The translations under genes were made by a program, and so were the position numbers. This document shows positions 54,616 through 64,000 of a DNA stretch of 64,000 nt, one piece after another (within the stretch, counting starts at the first letter, position 1; each line of letters opens with the position of its first letter). The stretch spans positions 179,676,001 to 179,740,000 of the forward strand of contig NC_042997.1 in the NCBI RefSeq assembly GCF_006345805.1, read 5' to 3'. The notes beneath the pieces were generated by a model, which was given only the letters and a program-made list of their open reading frames with translations, did no database searches and was not told the origin of the DNA. The DNA comes from Octopus sinensis. Lineage: Eukaryota.

Positions 54616-55964
54616 AACAAGCAAGATGAGGGCAATTATCCGTCAAATATAAATAATGTACATAATTCCTCATCCATTAAACATATATATATATATATAA
54701 TGAGAGAGAAAGTAAAGAAATAAAGAATAAAACATGGAGAGAAAATGTGGTTTCAATAATAAATTTTACTTGTCCTCTCTTGATTTTCGTTTCTCTATCT
54801 AACTTCCAACGGTCAACAAATGTTGCTTAAATCTCTACTCATCTATTCAATTATAGATGAAAATATATATGCTGATATATAAATTTAGTGATGCATTTTG
54901 TTCATATGAAGAAATGAGATGTAATATAAGTTTACAGCGAAGAAACGAGGAACACGTAGAATTATTCTATTTGTTCGTCGTTTTTTTCTCATACCTCCAA
55001 TCGAGATCGTATTTGATGGGCAAGCTGAGATGAGAGACACTTTATTACAATGGAAATTTTAGTTAATGAGCTACGAAATGATTAGTTGCATTGAATTAAA
55101 TGTAGGCAGAAACATCGCAGAGCAGTAATTGGAACGAATATATAACATGCTGTTATAGTATTTAATTGTCGCATATGATTTTGAGGAGAAAAGCGAAAGA
55201 AATATTCACAGGTGTCTTATCAGAAAGAAATGTGCATCGCATATATTGGAAGTCTATTGAGAATGTGCTTCTAGATATAGAACTAATGAGAACTTGACAG
55301 AAATAAACTAGATTAGTGGGCGGGAATCTACAGAATAAGAAGCTCGAACATTATTTGCAGACATACCATTTCAAGTTTTCTTTGTGAAATCTAAAACCTT
55401 AGATAATTTTCACAGAAAATATGAAAAATTTAATCTTCGTTATCACTGTGATTCTTGGGTTCGTTATACTTTTAGTAGTTTTAGGCATGGATAATTATGC
55501 GAGAAGATAGTATTACTATAAATTGGTTACTACAACAAAGTACATAGTTTGTATGTCCCTTGTAGGCTCCTTCACATTTGTTGCATTGATATAACTCGTC
55601 TTCGACCTGAGATCTGATACCTACCAGGTAAACCTGGGATGAGCAAGATTTCTTTATGTGTAGCTGTTTCTGCAGGAAACTAGTGTACCGTGTATTCGTT
55701 ATGGACGTTTGATGGGTTAGAAAGAGAGAGAGAGCAAGAGAGAGAGATAGGTGGAGAAGAGAGGGAGCAGAGTTGTCAAACAAGAAGTGTATTGATTAAT
55801 CGCTACACAGGCTTCTGTACAGTTGAAGCAGAAATGTAATCATGTTTGAAGTGAAAGGTAGAAGACAGAGTAAAACAGTCACTGGAAGATCCGGATGTAG
55901 ACTTGCTCATGAACGAAGCTTTACTAAATATTTGAATGGCTTTTTATAAGTACTAACTATATGC

Positions 55965-56480
55965 TTTTAACCCTCCAACGCGAAGTATAGGCCACTTATA
56001 GTTGAATTCCATGTCGCATAAGTTTTGGCTTCTGTACTTATACTCTGCCATGAATGTCCCCCTTTCTGTAATCCCTTCTGTGTTGATCTCCGCCACGAGT
56101 TCTTAGGCCTACCTCTCCTTCTATATCCATCCGGTTTCCACTGTAAAGCACTTTTCGCTACATTTGGTGTGTCTTTTCTAATTATGCTATCAATCCACTT
56201 CCCCTTTCCCCAATCGAAACTTCATTTGTTCTTATAGCTCCACATTGCTTATGTGTTCGGGCCATCTAATTTTCAGGTGGAACCGACGAAGATATCAAGA
56301 CGAGAATAAGTAAGGCAAGAACCGCTTTTCACCTGTTAAAGAAAGTATGGAGCGCAAGTGTAATTTCAATTAAGAACAAAATAAGGATTTTTAACACTAA
56401 CGTAAAAGCGGTGTTATTGTATGGGGCTGAGACATGGCGAACAACAGTTAAGTCAAATAAGCAAATACTAACTATAATAT
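55965..56480 (-). mobile_element. RTE-clade LINE, 5'-truncated with 5' inversion
   Basis: - strand 56272-55965: IRWPEHISNVEL...KSALQWKPDGYRRRGRPKNSWRRS. + strand 56276-56450: GGTDEDIKTRISKARTAF...IFNTNVKAVLLYGAETWRTT. Confidence 0.88.
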
Positions 56481-57250
56481 TTGATTATATTTTCGACTCC
56501 TAGTTCACTGTTCTGATTATATGTTATGCTAAGAAAGCTATAGTAAAATCATTATCCCACTCTGTACTGTAAAAAGTTACATCCAAAGATGGACGTACCA
56601 CATTCTGCTCCGTCATCTCAATAAGAAAATAAATCAATAGCAATACTTTAGACAGAGAGCGATATGGATTGAACGCAACAAAGATGTCTCGTGATAGAAT
56701 ACAAAGCAGACACAAACACGTCTTGAGCTTGGAACATACTCATGATCTTTACATCCAGAACAGATTTCCAATGCATTTCATTTTCTCTATTATTTTTCTT
56801 TATTTTCTGTCTTTATGAAGGTTTGCTAGATAATTCCACAAAAGAAAAATAACTTTTGTATTGTGCTTGAATTTTAATTAAAAACACAAATACTACGAAG
56901 TCGACTGCGTAATTCTTTAAAAAGAAAAGAAGGAAAAAGCCTAAAAAGTTTCAATTTAATATATTTTGTCAGTATACACCCAGGCTGCCTGCGAGCAATA
57001 TTTCGAGCACACACTGGCGCGCGCACACTCACGCACGCACACAAATTTGGATATTACACACATATAATCATATATACTTATATATATGGCAGATGAATGT
57101 ATATGACATATATAATTACACATTAAATCTACATACATGTATATACACTAATGCATGCAAGCATATATATATATATATATATAAGTATTTTTTGCGTAAT
57201 AAGATAAAAGAAATCAAGGCGGCTGTGTATGCATATACATGTATACAATA

Positions 57251-57290
<40 letters not shown>

Positions 57291-57426
57291 TATATATACA
57301 TACATATACATAGACACTCACAATACACGCACATCGACAGACACACATATGTATTTGTATGTATATATATATATTATATATATATATATATACATACATA
57401 CGTACATACATACATACATACATACA

Positions 57427-57459
<33 letters not shown>

Positions 57460-57753
57460 GCAAACAGACATAAATAAACCGCTTATGAAAATTTTTCAGC
57501 TCACATGCTTCTTTCGTATTACTTCAGTTTTCGAAGAAGACTATAAACATTGGAGTTTAGAGGGGGAGAGGGGGAAGAAAAAGAATACAAAAACAAAACT
57601 TGCAAAGCGTTATAGTTTTGCTGCAGGCTTCAAAATTAATTAGCTATTTCTAAGGAGCCTTAATGTGTACGGCATGTTTGTGATGTAATTTAATAGCACG
57701 GAATACAAATTTTAGATGAAGGTAAATGAGAAAATTTAAATGCTATTTAAGAC

Positions 57754-59041
57754 TACACTTCTTCCATCAGTATGTCTGAGAGTCGGTTATTATTACTTTT
57801 TTTTCAGCACGCTTTACATATTGAAGATTGAAACAGTGCGCACAAAATCTTCGAGACATATGGACCGTATTATCTGTCCGTTTACATAAAGTGTTACGAT
57901 ACTAACTTATAGTCCGCCATTTTGTAGTGTTATCAATTCTGTTCCTCTTTAAGCAGCCATTGTACTTCGACAAAACTATGTAACAAGATTTTTGTCCTTA
58001 GTCGTCAGCAGCTGTTATTTCCTATTTCCTTACTCCCAGGAAATATGAAAAATAGCTAATATTTCCTTCAATCTTTGCTTTTCTTGCATTTATTCAAACC
58101 ACAAAGAATCCTTCTCAACACATGGCTAGGTTGCCTTCCCCACGACTTCTGCTTATAATCAGAGATGCACATCATGTCAGCCACTAAAGGGCATGCTGAA
58201 ATTGTTAAGACCAAGCAACTAACCAGTAAAGCTGTGGTATTGAGCAGAATAAAGGCGGCAAGCTGGCAGAAACGTTAGCACACCGGGCGAAATGCTTAGC
58301 AGTATTTCGTCTGCCGCTACGTTGTGGGTTCAAATTCCGCCGAGGTCGGCTTTACCTTTCATCCTTTCGGGGTCGATTAAATAAGTACCAGTTACGCACT
58401 GGGGTCGATGTAATCGACTTAATCCGTTTCTTTGTCCTCTCTGTGTTTAGCCCCTTGTGGGTAGTAAAGAAATAGGTATTGAGCAGAATATTTGCTGTAA
58501 CGATTTTGTTATTCAGTAACTCAACGCTAAATCTGTCTGTAATATCACGGAAAATATGTCAGCTTCAAAACACGGATGTTCATGTCCCAAAAGCAAAGTT
58601 CAAAAGGAGTAGTAGTCATTTCCCTTGATTTCTTGTCGACAGTGTAACGAGAAAAAATTTATTTCATTTTTGCTTCTTCAAAGAATGAACATGCTGTGTG
58701 TGTTTATTCGTAGGTTTATTTTAAAATACACTTCTTCCATCAGTTTGTCTGAGAGTCGGATAAGGTAGTTATCTTTTTTCAACACACTTTACATATTGAA
58801 GATGGAAACAGTGCACGCAAAATCTTCGTGACATATGAATCATATTATCTGTCCGTTTACATAAAGTTTTATGATACTAACTTACAGTCCACCATTTTGT
58901 AGTGTTATCAGTTCTGTTCCTCTTTAATCAGCTATTGTACTTCGATAAACTGTTTAACATATGTTTTGTCCTTAGTAAGCAACTCTTATTTCCTATTTGC
59001 TTACCCCGAGAAAATATGAAAAATGGCTGATACGTTACTTC
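57754..59041 (+). repeat. Diverged ~310-bp direct duplication (57754-58069 and 58727-59041)
   Basis: Both units start TACACTTCTTCCATCAGT.TGTCTGAGAGTCGG and end ATATGAAAAAT.GCT.ATA. Confidence 0.9.
58252..58474 (+). mobile_element. SINE family A, full length, with 16-bp TSD
   Basis: TSD GGTATTGAGCAGAATA at 58236-58251 and 58475-58490; B box GGTTCAAATTCC. Confidence 0.95.
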
Positions 59042-59413
59042 TTGAGAATTTCTTGGAAGAAGTCTTACGTTACGAAAAATTTTAGTGTTGTACTTCTGTG
59101 AGGTATTCATCAACGAATTAATGAATCCATGTTTATCGCATTTCTATTTTAAATTATGGTATCATTTCTTGTATAGTATAACCACCACGTTTGGAATTTT
59201 TCCCACATAGATGTATCTACATGTCGTTAATAATGTAGTATTGTTTTTTCAACTCTATTAATGCTAAAATATGTTTAACATCTCTCTCCCTTTATCTATC
59301 TAGCTATTTATATCTGTATCTTTCTCTCTTTCTCTCTTTCTTACTCTCTCTTTCTCTCTCTCTTTATATATATACATAATATATATATATATATATAATA
59401 TATATATATATAT

Positions 59414-59461
<48 letters not shown>

Positions 59462-59825
59462 TGTATATGAATATAGTATTACACACACATACACATAACC
59501 CCACACAAACATATTGGTATATGTATGAAATATGACTAAGTTCGAAGGCAGAGAATGATCGAATATAAAGTATGCACTGAGGTTCCGCAGTGCAAGGCAA
59601 AGTATCAAATTTATTCTTGAGAACCTAAATATTATATAGTAGGTAGACATTCTACTTCAATTAAAGGGGAAAACTGTAAAACGTACCCCTACAAATTCAA
59701 GAGAAATTGTGAAATCCCGATGTTAAGCTACTAAAAAATTCAATAGCTTTATAGATGTTAGGGACAAGATTGTTTAGTCCTTCATCTCTGTCGATAAGAA
59801 GTTGTTTTCTCAGTGATTCAGAGTT

Positions 59826-60101
59826 CCTGCCGGTACGCTATTGTCCACTAAAGCCTTAAACCGACGTAAACCCTGCCGATACGCTATTGTCCACTAAAGA
59901 CTTAAACCGACGTAAACCCTGCCGGTACGCTATTGTCCACTAAAGACTTAAACTGACGTAAACCCTGCCGGTACGCTATTGTCCACTAAAGACTTAAATC
60001 AACGTAAACCCTGCCGGTACGCTATTGTGCACTAAAGACTTAAACCGACGTAAACCCTGCCGGTACGCTATTGTCCACTAAAGACTTAAACCGACGTAAA
60101 C
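59826..60101. repeat. Minisatellite, 6 x 46 bp
   Basis: Unit CCTGCCGGTACGCTATTGTCCACTAAAGACTTAAACCGACGTAAAC; 0-2 substitutions per copy; no spacers. Confidence 0.97.
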
Positions 60102-61194
60102 CTTTATAAGATGTCAACGGAAAGTCAATGGTTATAGAAACCAAGTTTGTTAGGCTGCATATGTTAATATGTGATAAACGTAATCTACCACTTTGTCCTT
60201 GGTACCTCGTATCAAGTCCATTAAGTTGCCAGTACTTATGAAAGAGACTCTACAAAATGTAATGAATGTTAGCCTTTACCATTTGCCAACCTAAAGTAAT
60301 CCTTACAGCGAGTATGAATGTGCCACCTATGAATTAATATACTTTGCTCATAGGCAAAAATCTACTTTAGCTTTCAGAATCAAATCTGACATTTTTAATT
60401 TGCAATTCGCTGCCCCAACTACATCATCTATACTTAGGTAATAAACCCATTAACGATTTCATCATAATGCTAATTAAATTTCAAAACTGTGAGTGTGAAA
60501 TGAGATGCTTTAAAATAATTATTTAAGTGGAACTAAGTTGAAATAACTGCAAGCCCATTTCAATTTATTTGTTTAAACGTGTGAGAAAAATGCATGAGAG
60601 TAAAATTATATATTCTGGTGGTGTCAATTCTCTCCTTTTTCAACTTTGAATGTTTAAGGAAATGAAATTTATAAAACATATTCGGATTGCTTTATGTAAA
60701 ATTTTAAGGAATAAAACAAAAAGGGCTTTCGAAAGAAAAATGATTAGATTCCGTGACCTTTCTAGAGTATTTTAAAGTTGATTTGATTTATGGGCCTAGC
60801 ATGCAAAATATGTGATAAATATGTGCATTCGTACACATAGGCACATGTGTTTACCTAACAACTTAAAACACCTATAGATACATATAAATACATACACACA
60901 CATACACATACACATATACACACACACACAAACTCATATACACGATTCAATAAGGGAAAAATATACGAGGTTGCTTTATGTGCTACAAGAAGCCACCAGA
61001 TTTCTCTACTGCCTTCACCAAAATGAATTTCACATTAAATGCTATACTCCTAAATATAATTTATGAACCTTAGCAAGTACCATAAAACCTGCACCCGCAG
61101 TAACTGCACGATAGGAAGACCTCAATACCTGAAGCATTGACGTCGTTTTAAAATTTTATAATCCAAAGACAGTGGGGTGTATAACACACACACA

Positions 61195-61284
<90 letters not shown>

Positions 61285-61319
61285 TCCTTGTATGTATATT
61301 GTACATGTATATATATTAA

Positions 61320-61545
61320 GGGGGCGAGGTGGCAGAAACGTTAGCACGCCGGGCGAAATGCGTAGCCGTATTTCGTCTGCCGTTACGTTCTGAGTTCAAA
61401 TTCCGCCGTCGATTTTGCCTTTCATCCTTTCGGGGTCGATAAATTAAGTACCAGTTACGCACTGGAGTCGATATAACCGACTTAATCCGTTTGTCTGTGC
61501 TTGTTTTCCCCCTCTGTGTGTAGCCCCTTGTGGCAGTAAGAAACT
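61320..61545 (+). mobile_element. SINE family A, full length
   Basis: GGCGAGGTGGCAGAAACGTTAGCACGCCGGG...GCCCCTTGTGGCAGTAAGAAA. Confidence 0.92.
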
Positions 61546-62294
61546 ATGTATATATATTGTATATATGCCTATATATCTGTACATAAGCGTGTGTATGTAT
61601 GTGTGTTGCGTATGGTTAGCAGAGTTTTGAAAGGGAAATATTAAAAAGACTTGGTCTCCCAGCTTAAAAAAAACGAGACACCGTTTTAATGTCCTTTAAT
61701 ATTATGAAATATGTGTCGTTTTTGTTGGGGTACTTTCTGATGAATGCATTGCACAGCTAATGATTTATCGAATAATGACTCAACAAATGTATTTGAAATA
61801 TGCATCAGATTAAAGCATTCAACTTCTCTATTCAAAATTTTTACAATTCGTAATTGCACTCATACACAAATTATACATTTATATACGCTGAACAATTAAT
61901 AAAAATCAGAAAAATTAGTAAGGCAAATGTATGTATCTTTGTTCCCGACCTTTACAAATTAATTCTTGTCTAATTAAGAAATTCATGTATTGATGTGGGT
62001 TCTTTTCAAATCACTGGTGTCCTTAGGATATCTGCATGTTTTTTGGTTGCAGCATGGATATGTGTATGCGGTTGTATATACATTGGAATTTAGTATATCA
62101 TGATAATATAAAATGCTAGCTTTGTGGTTTAATCACTACTTCATGCAGTGTTACTTTAAATGTACAAGTTATGGTCCCAACAAAACAAAGTCGACTGAAC
62201 AGTTTGACAATAAATTGTCTAGTTTACAAGAAAATGTAAAGATTGTTACAAGCTTAGAGTTACCGACATCTCAGTTAGAGGATCAGCATTATAC

Positions 62295-62765
62295 GTAAAA
62301 CTTAAATTGTTACTAGTATAAAAATAAACAACTGCACCCTAAGAACAAATATATTTTAAAGAGAAGATGACAAACAGTATAAATGTATGTATATATAATC
62401 ATGTGAGGGTTATATAAATATATTTGCATAATACCTATGCGCGTGTACGTGTGCTTATGTGTGTCTCTGAGTATGATTCAACGCATGGTATACAATACAG
62501 TAATTAATTACGTATCCGTTTCTGTTGTGGTAAAGTATATTTTGTATTAAAATTATTTGTATCAGTATGACTGTTAAACTGAAAATCTGTAATTACAGTT
62601 TCTATATTAATTTTATTCTATTTGTTATTCTCTGAAGAGTAAAGGTGAGAGCACAGTAAACCTTAAATTGTTACTAGTATAAAAATAAACATCTGCACTC
62701 GATGAACAAATATATGCAATCAGATTTTAAAGAGAAAATGATAAACAATATATATCTATGTATAT
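62295..62765 (+). repeat. Diverged ~100-bp local duplication (62295-62395 and 62656-62765)
   Basis: CTTAAATTGTTACTAGTATAAAAATAAACA occurs twice, with continuing similarity. Confidence 0.85.
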
Positions 62766-63562
62766 ATGTACATATACTTACAAAAGCACACACAAATATA
62801 CACACATATGTGCACATACAAGTATATAGATATATACGTATGTGTGCGCGATATTTTCTGTTTTTCTTACTCTGTATGAAGATATGTGTGTGTATGCGTG
62901 TGTATATATGTATCTCTCCTCTCATTCTCTTTCTCTCTGTGTATATGTACATGCATACGTACACACTAGTGCGCGCACACACAGTTATTTCGATATTGTT
63001 TTTAACCAGAATGTTCTGTCAGAATGCAATAATACTGCGGTATTCGTCTTGAGAAAATGTGTCTTGTAACAGTATAGTGCTAAAAGGCATAGAAGTATTA
63101 GTTGCAGATGCAACACGTCCAGCATCGAGTGTAGAACTGATACACCACGTGATTTCTGCGTGTTTGTGCGTTATCAGTAGCAGAAATTCTCTATCATCGC
63201 ATGGTAGCCAAAATTTCTCCATCCTGATATAGAAAAACAGTGACTAAATAGTCATTAGTAACGAAGACAGCTGGCTAGCTGACGTACCGGTCAAAAATTA
63301 GTTATAAGCGATGGAAGCAGTCCAAGTAACGTAAATATGGCGTGATCTAGCAGCCCCATCGACGGCATTAGAGAATTTTTGTTCGGTGTTGATATTTCTG
63401 GGCTTTTTGGCACTATATATCTATAGGTGAAGCGTTCTCAAGACGAATACAGTAGTATTATGATGTTCTTACAGTACATTCACGTTAAGTAGGATATTCA
63501 GATTGGTATATACGTGTACACACACACATATGAATAAATAAATCTATCTATCTATAATTGCT

Positions 63563-63618
63563 ACACGTCGTCGCGTTGTTGTGTTTTCTCTTTGTTCATG
63601 TTTGGATTGACTATATAT
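63563..63618 (+). mobile_element. 3' fragment of the hammerhead-bearing element at 2820-3030
   Basis: CACGTCGTCGCGTTGTTGTGTTTTCTCTTTGTTCATGTTTGGATTGACTATAT vs 2977-3030. Confidence 0.8.
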
Positions 63619-63761
63619 ACATATATATGTGTATATGTATCTTTTTATATGTATATAAATTTAAATTTAAAATACTAAAGGTGAAACCTTGAATATTAAT
63701 TTGATTAATATCAATTTAAAACCAGTAGTCTAGCATATTAAAATCTTCAGATGTATCTTCA

Positions 63762-63805
<44 letters not shown>

Positions 63806-63811
63806 TATTTA

Positions 63812-63858
<47 letters not shown>

Positions 63859-63886
63859 ATGTGTGTGTGTGTGTGTGTGTGTCTGA

Positions 63887-63919
<33 letters not shown>

Positions 63920-64000
63920 GATATATATATATATATATATATTTAGTGTTCTTTCAGTTTGAACTGCTCGGGGCTATATGAAAATATATCTATAGAATAT

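Noticed and set aside
59826-60101. CRISPR-like array
   Set aside because: Units are contiguous with no unique spacers, there are no cas genes, and the context is eukaryotic.
63019-63240. Candidate minus-strand exon MEKFWLPCDD with an upstream pyrimidine-rich AG
   Set aside because: No donor site or homology seen; could be chance.

Overview
AT-rich, repeat-saturated eukaryotic DNA. The SINE families and microsatellite profile suggest a coleoid cephalopod, probably Octopus (inference). I found no host protein-coding exon I can support, so the window is probably intergenic or intronic. Nearly all listed ORFs are microsatellite artefacts. Content: (1) three tRNA-derived SINE families in more than 20 copies; (2) a young R4/Dong-clade non-LTR element in (AAT)n that keeps its zinc knuckle and restriction-like endonuclease but lacks RT, plus older relatives; (3) RTE and L1/Tx1-like LINE remnants; (4) decayed mariner and Tc1-like transposases; (5) a non-autonomous Helitron; (6) a MITE with 8-bp TSD and TTAGGG-like repeats; (7) a 6 x 46-bp minisatellite. 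The main unannotated signal is a set of type I hammerhead-ribozyme motifs (CUGANGA...GAAAC with palindromic minimal helix III) in short non-coding elements that resemble Penelope-like pseudo-LTRs or retrozymes. Two of them sit head-to-head in a near-perfect 493-bp palindrome at 17932-18424.
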